The position numbers and the translations under genes were made by a program. A stretch of DNA of 64,000 nucleotides from Malacoraja senta (lineage: Eukaryota). The stretch lies in contig CM075988.1 of assembly GCA_038087875.1 (NCBI GenBank), positions 21,578,001 through 21,642,000 of the forward strand. The letters are read 5' to 3'. This document shows positions 50,517-63,014 of the stretch, in pieces. Below the pieces are notes generated by a model, which was not told the origin of the DNA, searched no databases, and was given only the letters and a program-made list of their open reading frames with translations. The first letter of the stretch is position 1. The number at the start of each line of letters is the position of its first letter.

Positions 50517-50894
50517 GCTCCCCCGTGGTCTCCACGCGGAGCTCCCCTGTGGTCTCCTCGCGGAGCTCCCCCCAGTGGTCTCCTCGCAGAGCAACCCCTC
50601 GTGGTCTCCACGCGGAGTTCCCCCTCATGGTCTCCACGCGGAGCTCCCCCTCATGGTCTTCACGCGGAGCTCCCCCGTGGTCTCCTCGTGGAACTCTCCC
50701 TTCGTGGTCTCCATGCAGAGCTCCCCCTCGTGGTCTCCACGCGGAGCTACCCCTCGTGGTCTCCACGCGGAGCTCCCCTTTGGGGTCTCCACGCGGAGCT
50801 CCCCCTCGTGGTCTCCACGCGGAGCTCCCCCTCGTGGTCTCCACACGGAGCTCCCCCTTCGTGGTCTCCATGCGAAGCTCCCCCTCGTGGTCTC
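50517..50894. repeat. GC-rich minisatellite of ~26 bp, about 14 copies
   Basis: Unit ccccctcgtggtctccacgcggagct. Confidence 0.95.
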
Positions 50895-51161
50895 GGCCCA
50901 CCAAGTCCGCTGCGACCAGACATCTCCACACACTAACACTACCCTACACACACTAGGGACAATTTTACATTTATACCAAGCCCAATTAACCTACAAACCA
51001 GTGCGTCTTTGTCGTGTGGGAGGAATCCGAAGATCTCGGAGAAAACCCACGCGGTCACGGGGAGAACGTACAAACTCCATACAGACAGCACTCGTAGTTG
51101 GGATCGAACCCGGGTCTCTGGTGCTGTAAGCGTTGTAAGGCAGCAACTCCACCATGCTGCC
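50895..51161 (-). mobile_element. HE1-like SINE whose tail is replaced by the minisatellite
   Basis: The SINE match begins at ggcccaccaagtccg, directly after the last unit. Confidence 0.85.
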
Positions 51162-52119
51162 CTGTGTAGATGGCTGGTGTGGGCAAGTTTCCGTGCTGTA
51201 AGACTCTATGACTCTTTAAGAACCATTTAAAGACACCTAGTACGTGGGAGTTTTGCGAAAATGGCCGAGCGCTCATACGAGCAACGGAAGGCCTTCTTGC
51301 ACTGGGACTGAGTTGGGCTGATTTTCCAACGTCACCTTCAGTGAATTATTATTTCCTCTGATGTATTTGGCTTAGGATGATTGATGCTTCAGCAACCTGT
51401 TTTTAACTATCATGCTTCATCACCTTGGATGTTGTGCTGTACAGGTGCCCTGTATATATATACATGTGTATATACACACACACAAACAATTAGTAACATG
51501 ATTCAGAGCAGTGAATCTGCAGCTTGATGCTAACGGAAATGAGCCAATCGCTGAAACGAAGACGTAAGTCGCCATGGTTACAGGTTGCCTTTCACGTGTT
51601 TGTGTCGACTTTACAATTCTGAACACATTACAGGTGTTTGTCAAGACACAGTTCAGAGGTTTATAAAATATTTCTCTGTTACTTTGTCATTAATAAAGTC
51701 AGTCACTCGTCACGAAGAAGGTGCAATAATCTAGAGGTATTGTTCCAGTCATTCCTGTCCTCACCAGAGGCTTTACCTCTACATAAAGGATCTGAAGAAG
51801 ACTTATCAGTTCGTAGGTTAATTGGTTTGGTAAAGTCGTAAATTGTCCCCAGTGTGTGTAGGATAGTGTTAATGTGCGGGGATCGCTGGTCAGTGCGGGC
51901 TCGGTGGGCCGAAGGGCCTGCTTCCCGTTCTGTATTTCTGAACCAAGCTAAACTAAAGGGCCCCAACCCAAAGAAGGGTTTCGACCCGAAACGTTGCCTA
52001 TTTCCTTCGCTCCATAGATGCCGCCTCACCCGCTGAGTTTCTCCAGCACTTTTGTCTACCTCCAAAATGTCATATGTCTATTCCCTCCACGGATGCTGCC
52101 TGACCTTTAAGGGGAAAGT

Positions 52120-52418
52120 TTTAAGGATAAGGGGGAAGTCTTTTAGGACCGAGATGAGAAAAACGTTTTTCACACAGAGAGTGGTGAATCTGTGGAATTC
52201 TCTGCCACAGAAGGTAGTTGAGGCCAGTTCATTGGCTATATTTAAGAGGGAGTTAGATGTGGCCCTTGTGGCTAAAGGGATCAGAGGGTATGGAGAGAAA
52301 GCAGGTACAGGATACTGAGTTGGATGATCAGCCATGATCATATTGAATGGCGGTGCAGGCTCGAAGGGCCGAATGGCCTCTACTCCTGCACCTATTTTCT
52401 ATGTTTCTATGTTTCTAT
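52120..52418 (+). mobile_element. CR1/HER1 3' end
   Basis: Nearly the same sequence as 41325-41612. Confidence 0.9.
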
Positions 52419-52566
52419 GACCTGCTGGATTCCTCCAGTACTTTGTCATTTGCACAAGATCTCGGCACCTGCAGTGCCGTGTGTCTCTATAATTTGACTC
52501 CTCGTTTTCACAGAGAATCTAACACAACGGCTATTTTCACCCAGTCCCAACGGTGAAGACGATACT

Positions 52567-54460
52567 TTAGTTTAGTTTAGTAATTACATCACGGATGCAG
52601 GCCCTTTGGCCCACCAAGTCCGTGCCGTCCATTGATCACCCCGTTCACTAACACCATCCCACACACCACGGACCATTTACATTTGTTACTGTCGCCAATT
52701 AATCTGCAAAACTATACGTCCTTGGAGTGTGACCCGGGGAAGACCTACACGGTCACAGGGCGAGCGTACAAACTCCATACATACAGCACTAGTAGTCCGG
52801 ATCGAACCCGGGTCTCTGGCGCTGTAAGGCAGCAACTCTACCGCTGCGCCACCGTGTCACCCTAAGACGCTTTGTGTCTTTTGTGTCATATTCTGTGAGC
52901 AAATGCTGAATGTAAAACCAAACATTGACCCTGTCAACATCGATCTTTAATATCAAAGCTGCAATAGGGACATAGACCAGAGGTGAGAATTGTAAAAAAG
53001 AGTCGCAGGGGGCCATTAGAAGAACTGCGACTGGCAATATCTCCAGTGAGGAGTATGGGAGGGTGATGAGAGAGTGGTGTTGTCGGAAGGAACTGCAGAT
53101 GCCAGTTTAAACCGAAGATAGACACAAAATGCTGGAGTAACTCAGCGGGACAGGCAGCATCACTGGAGAGAAGGAATGGGGTGACATTTCGGGTCGAGAC
53201 CATTCTGAAGAAAGGTCTCGACCTGAAAGGTCACCCATTCCTTCTATAACCAGAGACGCTGCCTGTCCCACTGAGTTACCCCAGCATTTAGTGTCTATCT
53301 TGGATGTGAGAGTGAGTTAGATTCAAGAGGAGTCAGCATCCCCAGCTTCTATACTGCACCTAGCTTCATCTCCATGGTGACATTGTATCTATTAATATCC
53401 ACAGGATCATTTGTAATTGGCAATATTTTCACTCAGTGCATCCACACGCTGGAATGATTCAATCAGGGGATCTTATTGAACCTGATTGAGACACAAAAAG
53501 CTGGCGTGGCACGGTGGCGCATCAGTAGAGTTGCTGCATGAGAGCACTTACGGCACCAGAGGCCCGACTACGGGTGCTGTCTTTGCGGAGTTTGTACGTT
53601 CTCCCCGTGAACTGCGTGGGTTTTCTCCGAGAACTTCGGTCTCCTCCCACATTCCAAAGATATACAGGTTTGCAAGTTAATTGGCTTGGTATAAATGTAA
53701 GATTGTCCCTAGTGTGTGTAGGGTAGTGTTAATGTGCGGGGAACACTGGTTGGTGCGGATTCAGTAGGGCCGAAGGGCCTGTTTCTGCGCTGTATCTCTA
53801 AACTAAACTAAACTAAACTAAACTTAGCGGGTCAGGCAGCATCTCTGGAGACAAAGGAATAGGTGACATTTGGGGCCGAGGTTCTGAAGAAGGGTCTCGA
53901 CCCGAAATGCCACCTATTCCTTTTCTTCAGAGATGCTGCCTGACCCGTTGAGTTAGTTCAATACTTTGTGTTCTGAATAAATTAGTGATATTTCAGCATC
54001 CCTGGAGAAAATGGATAGGTCTGAAGAAGGGTCTCAACTGAAAACGTCACCCATTCCTTCTCTCCAAAGATGCTGCCTGTCCCGCTGAGTTACTCCAGCA
54101 TGTTGCGTCTGTCTTCAGGTTAAACCAGCATCTGCAGTTCCTTCCTACACATGGATATGTGACGTTTTAGAAATCTGAAGAAGAGTCCCAAACCGAAATC
54201 ATGGTCTCCAGTGATGTTGCCCGACACACTAAATTAGTTCAGCACTTTGTGCCTGTAACTGAAAAGATATTATTGTTTTTTGTGCATTTAATTATCTTGT
54301 CGTTGCATTAATGTGCCTGCAAAGCTGCAGCAGGTAAGAATTGCATTGTTCCGTTCATGATAATTAGACTATCTTAACTAAACATGCACTGCCTGACCCG
54401 CTGAGTTACTCCAGCATTTTGTGTCTATCTTCGGTGCAAATCCACATCTGCGCTTTCTCC
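52567..54460. mobile_element. Cluster: SINE (52567-52861 -), Penelope-like fold-back (53083-53301), SINE (53502-53823 +), Penelope-like fragments (53823-54460)
   Basis: Consensus matches. Confidence 0.8.
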
Positions 54461-55439
54461 CGACACACTGACGATTAAATAATCTTCACACTCGATCCGA
54501 AGTGTGGACTCAACTGATTCCACTGTGGACTTCTTAAATCCTCCCCTGAATCCATGTGATATTTGCAATCCTGCCTCAGGCTACCCCTACATGCAGCTGA
54601 TCACGGAGGTCCAGAACCAGGGGCCACAGTTTAAGAAGAAGGGGTAGGCCATTTAGAACGGAGATGAGGAAAAACTTTTACACCCAGAGAGTTGCGAGTC
54701 TGTGGAATTCTCTGCCTCAGAAGGCAGTGGAGGCCAATTCTCTGGATGCTTTCAAGCGGGAGTTAGATAAAGATAGCGGAGTCAAGGGATATGGGGAGAA
54801 GGCAGGAACGGCGTACTGATTGTGGATGATCAGCCATGATCACAGTGAATGTGACTGTACTCCCGCACCTACTCCTGCACCTATTGTCTATTGTCAAGTT
54901 CTGTGCTAATCTCTGCACATCCCCAATACTTTCCACTCGTCACTTTAACTTCATGTTTCATGTATCTTGTTGTGTTTTTATGACTGTTGGCAGAGCAATT
55001 TCCCTCCTGGGATAAATATAGTTCTATCGTATCGTATCGTATTGTAATGTATGACAGCAGATGCACTTCTGGGACCAGCACTGCACTGCTAGTTTAGTCT
55101 AGAGATACAGCGCGGAAACAGGCCCTTCGGCCCACCGAGTCCGCACCAAACAGCGATCCCTGCACATCAACACTGTCCTATACACACCAGGGACAATTTA
55201 CACTTATATCAGGCCAATTAACCTATCGTGTTGTATGTTACAGGCAACAACTCCGGAAATATTCAAGTTCTTCCATTGAGAAAAAAAACGGATTCTTATG
55301 TTGGTTTTGGTGCAAGACTCCACCTATTGGAGCAATCAGTACTGCAGTACGTTCCCTGAGCTGATGACGCTCATACAACTCCTGCTGAAATTTTAGTTTG
55401 GTTTAAAGACATGGCGCGTAAGCAGGCCCTTCGACCTAC

Positions 55440-55736
55440 CAAATCCCATTTTCCTGCCTTCTCCCCACAACACTTGACATCCGTTCTAATCAAGATTTTG
55501 TCTATCTCTGCCTTAAAAATATCCACTGACTTGGCCTCCACAGCCCTCTGTGGCAATGAGTTCCACAGATGAACTACCCTCTGACTAAAGAAGTTCCTCC
55601 TCACCTCCTTTCTAAAAGAGCGCCCTTTAATTCTGAGGCTATGTATGACCTCTGGTCCTAGACTCTCCCACCAGTGGAAACATCCTTTCCACATCCACTC
55701 TATCTATGCCTTTCATTATTCTGTAAGTTTCAATGA
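55440..55736 (-). mobile_element. CR1 segment, near-identical inverted copy of 61509-61805
   Basis: Both are 297 bp and share the unusual ggtcatacatagcc frameshift. Confidence 0.9.
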
Positions 55737-55828
55737 TCCCCTACACTTCAAAGTTCCAGCGATCCCCTACACTCGCACTATCCTACACCCACTAGGGACA
55801 ATTTACCATCTTTAGCCAAGCCAATTAA

Positions 55829-56151
55829 AACCCCTGTCCCACGGTACGAGTTCATTCCAAGAGTTCTCCCGTGTTTGCCCTGATTCGAACTCGGAGATTT
55901 ACGGTAATGGCCGTAACTCGTCGGTACTCGGGGCTCTCGTGGACATTTTTCATCATGTTGAAAAATCTTCACGAGTCTTCCCGTGCTTACCTGCCGTTAG
56001 CGAGTCTTCCCGAGTACCTGCCGTTAGCGCTAAGAGACGTCCCCGAGCTCCGACGTACCCGCTACGTTCATTCTCCGTGCTTACCACGAGTTTGATTTTT
56101 TTTAAACTGGGGAGAGCTCTTGGAATGAACTCGCACCGTGGGACAGGGCTT
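55829..56151. mobile_element. PIF/Harbinger-like MITE (family B) inserted in a SINE
   Basis: TIRs, insertion at ccaattaa, body nearly identical to 45456-45775. Confidence 0.9.
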
Positions 56152-56450
56152 AAACCTACAAACCTGAACGTCTTTGGAGTGTGGGAGGAAACCGGAGCAC
56201 CCGTGAAAAACCCACGCAGGTCACGGGGAGAACGTACAAAGGAGATGCAAGAGTTCATTTCATTGCATGGGAATCAAATACTATCTCTCCCTATTTAGAA
56301 CATAGAACGTAGACCAACACAGCACAGAAACAGGCCCTTCGGCCCGCAGTGCCTATGCAAGCATGATGCCAAGACCAACTCTTATCTTCCTGCGCACAGT
56401 TCATATCCCTCCATTCCCTGCATATCTACATTCTGATACAAAAATCCCTT

Positions 56451-56752
56451 TTAGTTTAGTTTAGTTTAGAGATGCAGTGCGGAAACAGGCCCTTCGGCCC
56501 GTCGAGTCCGTGCCGACCAGCGATCCCCGTTACACCAACACACGCTACACATTAGCGACGATTTACAATTTTTACCGAAGCCAATGAACCTACAAATCTG
56601 TATGTCTTTGGAGTGTGGGTGGAAACCGGAGCGCCCGGGGAAAGACCAGGCAGGTCACGGGGAGATCGTACAAAATCCCTACGAACAGCACCCGTGGTCG
56701 GGATCGAACCCGGGTCTCTGGCGCTGTGAGGCAGCGACTCTTCCGCTGCGCC
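56451..56752 (-). mobile_element. HE1-like SINE
   Basis: Consensus match. Confidence 0.85.
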
Positions 56753-57356
56753 AACGTGCTTAAATGCCACTATAGCGTCAGCCTCCATCCCAGGCAGTGG
56801 GTCCCAGGCACTCACCACCCTCTGTGGAAAAAATACTTGCCCTGCACTTCTCCTTTAAACTTGCCCGCTTGTCCGACTGATTATCAGCCTGATAGTTGTG
56901 TGCCATTTTTACATTCTAAATCAGCTGCAAAAAATGTTATGCTATCAGTTATTAATAGATGGGGAATGAGCCTTGTACTTTGATGGAACATGTGCCCTGA
57001 AGGCAGTGTTAAGTAGAATTATCATCAGAATCGAAGATTTTATAAGCAGAGGTGACTTAACCTTCCTGGGACTGATGGAATAAATATAGTTATACTGTGT
57101 GCTAATATTGTGTGGTTTCTTTTCCTACGGCCCACTGATAAAAAGATTTTTTAAAAACTCCCAATTCACTGCCATCTTCCGCTAGATGGTACAGAATAAT
57201 CTCCCACTGAAAAATAACCTCCCGTCTGAAGAAGTGTCTCGACCCGAAACGTCACCTATTCCTTTTCTCCAGAGGGGCTGCCTCACCCGTTGAGTTACTC
57301 CAGCTTTTTGGTCAGTCTTCCACTTTAGTTCCTGCACAATTGCACTGCTCCGAAGG

Positions 57357-57848
57357 TTTGTGGAATTCTCTGCCTCAGAGGGTGGTGGAGGCCGGTTCTC
57401 TGGATGCTTTCAGGAGAGAGCTAGATAGGGCTCTTAAAGATAGCGGGGTCAGGGGATATGGGGAGAAGGCAGGAACGGGGTACTGATTGGGGATGATCAG
57501 CCATGATCACATTGAATGGCGGTGCTGGCTCGAAGGGCCGAATGGCCTACTCCTGCACCTATTGTCTATTGTCTATTGTCTATTGTCTATTGCCTATTGT
57601 TCTGGCATTATGTTAAGAAGTGGCTTGGTCATTCCCTTGAACATCGTCTGCTTGGATCTGTCATTTTCACACCTTATCCTGTCCATACCTCTCGTCTCCC
57701 TCTCCCCCGACTCTCAGTCTGAAGAAGGGTCTCGACCCGAAATGTCACGCATTCCTTCTCTCCAAACATGCTGCCTGTCCCGCTGAGTTACTCCAGCATT
57801 TTGTGTCTATCTTCGATGTAAACCAGCATCTGCAGTTCCTTCCTACAC
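57357..57848 (+). mobile_element. CR1 3' end with (CTATTGT)n tail followed by a Penelope-like 3' end
   Basis: Consensus matches and a hammerhead-like motif at 57719. Confidence 0.8.
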
Positions 57849-58454
57849 TGTACTATGTTCTATGTTCTAAATGTTGCCTGAATTATGGTTGAATATTTTT
57901 GCTTAGTTTATCCTCTCGAATACCAATGAAGTGTCTTGCCTCATCTCTCAATGTTTCAAACTTGAACAAGAGAGGCTAATAAATATTTCATACAAGCAAG
58001 TCAAACGCTCAAAATTAATATTGCTGCCTGGTAAATTCAGAATAATTCAATTCAAACATAGAATTTAAATGAATCACACAATATTTTCAAGTGGTCTTGT
58101 CTATGGCAAGAGGAATGCAGCAAAAGAAACAAGTGTGACAGTGCTGTGTGCAGGAAGGTGCTGGTTTACACCGAAGATAGACATAAAATGCTGGAGTAAC
58201 TCAGCGGGTCAGGCAGCATCTTTGGAGAAGAGGAATGGGTGACGTTTTGGGTCGAGACCCTTCTTCAGACTGAGCATGACTGTGGAGTTGGAGTCAAGCA
58301 AAGCTGCAGATGCTGGATTAGAGTCACACAGCACGGGAGCAGACCATTCGGCCCAACTTGCCCATGCCGACCATGATGCCCCATCCATGCTAGTCCTACC
58401 TGCCTGCAATTTGCTGATATCCCACTAAACCTTTCCCATCCATGTATTTAAGAC

Positions 58455-59465
58455 AGACACAAAATGCTGGAGCAACTCAGCGGGTCAGGCAGCATCTCTG
58501 GGGAAAAGGAATAGGTGACGTTTCGGGTTGAGACCCTTCTTCAGACTGAGAGTCGGGGGAGAGGGAAACTAGAGATATAGACGATGAAGATAGAGAGATT
58601 AGAACAAATGAATGAAAGATATGCAAAAAAGTAACGATGATAAAGGAAACAGGGCATTGTTAACTGTGGGTTAAAAGGAAACAAGATAAGGGCCTGTCCC
58701 ACGTACCCAATTTTTCTGGCGACTTGCCGGCACCCGTCATAGTTGCAGCAGGTCGCCGAATATTTTCAACATGTTGAAAATCTAGCAAAAAGATACGACT
58801 TTTTGGGCGACTGCTCACGACCATACAGGCGACATGTCGCGGGGGTGAAGCCTGTATGGTCGTGAGTAGTCGCCCAAAGAGTCGTACCTTTTTCTGGTCG
58901 CCGCTGGATTTTCAACATGTTGAGAATTTTCGGCGACCCGCTGCGACAATGACGGGTGCCGGCAAGTCGCCGAAAAACATCGCGTAAGTGGGACAGGCCC
59001 TTTACAGCCAATGAGACTCAACAAGATGACTTTGTAGCTGATACAACTTGGGTAGGGGAGGTATGGAGAGAGAGGAGTATCAATATTCATACAGTATCAA
59101 TATTCATACTGGTAGACAAATAATGCTGGAGAAACTCAGCGGGTGAGGCAGCATCTATGGAGCGAAGGAAATAGGCAACGTTTCGGGCCGAAACCCTTCT
59201 TCAGACTGATGTGAGGGTGGGGGGGAGGGGGGGTGGGGAAGTAGAAAGGAAGAGGTGGAGCCAGAGGGCTGAGGGAGAGCTGAGGAGGTGAGGAGATAGT
59301 AAGGACTACCTGAAATTAGAGATTTCAATGTTCATACCGCTGGGGTGCAAACTGCCCAAGCAAAATATGAGGTGCTGCTCCTCTAATTTACGGTGGTTAC
59401 CTGAAATTAGAGAAGTCAATGCTGGGTTGTAAGCTGCCCAAGCGAAATATGAGGTGCTGCTCCTC
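58455..59465 (-). mobile_element. Nested Penelope-like fragments (hammerhead-like motifs at 58517-58544 and 59177-59204)
   Basis: Tail motifs and reverse-strand EEQHLIF segments. Confidence 0.75.
58689..59001. mobile_element. PIF/Harbinger-like MITE (family C)
   Basis: agggcctgtcccac...gtgggacaggccct with long internal symmetry and TTA on the right. Confidence 0.85.
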
Positions 59466-60001
59466 AATAGAGAGTGTTAGATTTAACTCTTAGGGAGAAC
59501 GGAATCAAGGGATATGGGGAGAAAGCAGGAACAGGGGGAAACTGATTTTGGATGATCAACCACGATCATATTGAATGGTGGTGCTGGCTCGAAGGGCTGA
59601 ATGGCCTACACCTGCACCTATTTTCTTTGTTTCTATGATTACGTTTTGTATGATTAAGTATCTCAGCAGGTCAGGCAGCATTCGTGGAGGGAATGGATAG
59701 GCAACGTTTCAGGTCATGACTGAGGAAGGGTGCCAACCCGAAAAGTCACCTATCCATCCCCTCCAGAGATGCTGCGTGAGCCATTGACTTACTCCAGCGC
59801 TTTGCGTTTCACTCAGAGGAGAACATTAGGTGAGGAGAACTAATTGGGTCTCTGTTCAAGAGAGTAGCGGAGGTCCCTGTGACTGCAGAGATGGTTTTGA
59901 AACTCCTTGGACAGAGTGACAGAATTGATTTACCAATTCTGTGATCGCCATTTCATCTCTCGTCACCCTCAACACTAATGTGCTAATTCATGCCACCGCA
60001 G

Positions 60002-60101
60002 AATTACAGCTGCAACAGTGGCAGGAGATATTCAGGTGACAGGACAAATAGATGTTAACAATGCTTCAAGCATAAATCTCCAAAACGACTTTGATTTCAA
60101 G
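60002..60101 (+). CDS. Candidate coding exon (phase 2 to 0): ITAATVAGDIQVTGQIDVNNASSINLQNDFDFK
   Basis: Branch-point-like ctaat motifs, acceptor ccgcag|, stop-free frame and donor AAG|gtaggt. Confidence 0.6.
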
Positions 60102-60491
60102 GTAGGTTTTCAGTGTAATTGTGCAGAATGTCACATAAAGAGACAGCCTTTATGTGAAACAGCTTGTGAAGTACTTGATCAAATGCGCTAAATTTTCGAG
60201 GCAAGCACATTTTAAACTTTTACAAATCTCCGGCTGAGGTTTTAAGAATTGGGAAGAACAAAAGATGATCCTTTTGTTCCTTCGGCTAATGGTTCTAGAT
60301 TGTTTTAAATAGTAACACTTATCTGTGACTAAGTAAAATCCCCAGCTCCGACACTTTGCTGGAGCATTTCATTGTTTCAATTGTCGTCGTAAGATATTCA
60401 ACGAGCCTTCACTTTGAAACTCTGGCAAGTAATAGCGTTTGAAGCTTTGGTGATTCGTGCTTCCGTCTCGACAGGCTGTGTCGTGGGCTTA

Positions 60492-60785
60492 AGGCCCTGT
60501 CCCACTTGGCGATTTTTTCGGCGGCTGCCGGCGTCATATTAGGGTCGCCAAAAGATTTTGAACATTTCAAAAGTCAAGTCAAGTTTATTCGTCACATACA
60601 CATACGAGATGTGCAGTGAAATGAAAAGTGAAATGAACATCCAGCGGCGACAAAGAAAATGTTGCGACACTTGAAAAAAAAACGCGCGTTAATACGCCAT
60701 CACGCCGCAAATTTTTCTGTGACCTGATACGTCAGTCAATGATGCCGGCAGTCGGCGAAAAAAATCGCCAAGTGGGACAGGCCCT
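60492..60785. mobile_element. PIF/Harbinger-like MITE (family C-like) carrying a short retroposon tail (about 60570-60637)
   Basis: aggccctgtcccacttggcgattttttcg...cgaaaaaaatcgccaagtgggacaggccct. Confidence 0.85.
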
Positions 60786-61284
60786 TTGCTCCATAGTTTT
60801 ATTAAATGCAAATTTCAATGGGATGAAAAGAGACTGAGGCTGGTATTTTGGCAAAAAAGACCCAAAGTGCTTGAGTAACTCAGAGGGTCAGGCAGCATCT
60901 CCGGAGAAAACGGATGGACAACGTCTCAGGTCGGGTCCATTCTTCAGACTGATTGTAGTCGAGGGGCGAAAGCTGGAGGAGAGGTGGGGACGGAACAAAA
61001 TCTCAAGATTCAAGATTCAAGTGAGTTTATCGTCATGTGTCCCAGATAGGACAATGAAATTCTTGCTTTGCTTCAGCACAATAGAATATAGTAGTCATAA
61101 ATAAATACAGAACAGATCACTGTGACCATATGCCAATATATATATACACACACATAAATAAACAGATAAAGTGCAATGGGCTATTAATGTTCAGAGTTTT
61201 GTTTGAGTTGAGTTTAATAGCCTGATGGTTGTGGGGAAGAAGCTATTCTTCTTCACTTGGGAGTGAAGAAGAATTCCAACCCAA

Positions 61285-61882
61285 CGGCTTTATAAGGCCA
61301 GACTTATAAGGCCAGACTCTGGTCAGACTGCATTTGGAGTATTGCGAATTGTTTTGGGCCCCATATCTGAGGAAGGATGTGCTGGCTCTGGAGAGGGTCC
61401 AGTGGAGGTTTACAAGAATGATTCCAGGAATGAGTGGGTTAGCGTATGATGAGCGTTTAATGGCACTGGGCCTTGGCTCGCTGGAGTTTAGAAGGTTGAG
61501 GGGGGACCTCATTGAAACTTACAGAATAATGAAAGGCATAGATAGAGTGGATGTGGAAAGGATGTTTCCACTGGTGGGAGAGTCTAGGACCAGAGGTCAT
61601 ACATAGCCTCAGAATTAAAGGGTGCTCTTTTAGAAAGGAGGTGAGGAGGAACTTCTTTAGTCAGAGGGTAGTTCATCTGTGGAACTCATTGCCACAGAGG
61701 GTTGTGGAGGCCAAGTCAGTGGATATTTTTAAGGCAGAGATAGACAAAATCTTGATTAGAACGGATGTCAAGTGTTGTGGGGAGAAGGCAGGAAAATGGG
61801 ATTTGTAGGCAGAGATTAGCCATGGTTGATTGGCGGGGTGGACTCGATGGGCCGAATGGTCTAATTCTACTCCTATAACTTG
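61285..61882 (+). mobile_element. CR1 LINE ORF2 3' fragment
   Basis: LEYCELFWAPYLRKDVLALERVQ..LEFRRLRGDLIETYRIMKG. Confidence 0.9.
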
Positions 61883-61884
61883 TG

Positions 61885-61985
61885 AAGGAGGACTGAGCGA
61901 AGGTGTTCAGCGCAACGATCGCCAAGTCTGCACTTGGTCTCATTGATATATAGGAGCCTGCACTGAGAACAATGGAGACAGTAGG
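61885..61985 (-). pseudogene. Penelope-like GIY-YIG fragment
   Basis: YCLHCSQCRLLYINETKCRLGDRCAEHLRSV. Confidence 0.75.
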
Positions 61986-63014
61986 TTTTATTTTGTAGAA
62001 TGGAATTACAGGAACAGGCCATTTGACCCAGGTGGGCATACGCCATTTCCCGGTTGCTAAACCACTTAACTCCCCCTTCCTTCCCTCTCACACTCCAAAG
62101 ACGTAAACATTTTCAGGTCCAGACCCGAAACATCACCTGTTTCTTTTGTCCAGAGATGCTGTCTAACCCGTTGAGTTACTCCAGCTTTGTGTCTATCTTC
62201 GGTTTAAACCAGCATGTGCAGTTCCTTCCTGCAGGTTTGTAGGTTCATCGGCTTCGGTAACAATTGTAAATTGTCCCTAGCGTGTAGAGTACGTGCTAGT
62301 GTACAAGGTGATCACTGGTTGGCGTGGACTCGTTGGGCCAAAGGGCCTGTTTCTGCGCTGTATCTCTGAAATCTGAAGTCTTAAATTAATGAATTCTCGC
62401 ACACTGTGAATTTCTGCCTTGGTAACATCCAGCTCATCCTTAATTCCTTACAAGAAACCTAGCATGGATTAGTTGTTCAATCAATATCGCCCTGGTGTCT
62501 AATTACTTCAACAAAGTTGTTTGTGATTTGAAGATTTGCTCTCGGTGGGATTGTTTACAATTGGTGGTCTTCTGATGGATTTTAAAGACAAGCTATCCGA
62601 TGGCTTCATGCTGCCGATGTGATGCAGATTCATGCCATTTGTTAAGAATTAAGAGTACCTGGAGATTCATGTGCCTTGACGTTTTACTAAGTGGAAATTT
62701 GTGAATATTTCAGTGCACAGGATGGTAATCTCCAGCAGCTTGCCTCCAGGTAACCATGTCAATCGATGAGTAGGAAAATGTTCCAAAGCTATGAAATAAG
62801 GCAGAATTGCTGAAACACTCAGCAGAACTAACAAAGCATCTTTGACCCAAAACATTAATCTGTTCATTGCACATCATGTTGGCCTGCATTGCTATTCGCA
62901 TCCCTGTATTCCTCTTGATATCATCTCTTCCCCAGCCCAGAGATTGTGGGCTCCACCTTGCCTTGATCATCGTCACTCTGTGCATACCTTTCATTCATTG
63001 ATTCTCGTTGAGTC

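Noticed and set aside
50384..51129. Long overlapping ORFs (up to 228 aa) and a CRISPR-like look
   Set aside because: They are translations of a 26-bp tandem repeat with no unique spacers and no cas genes, in a vertebrate context.
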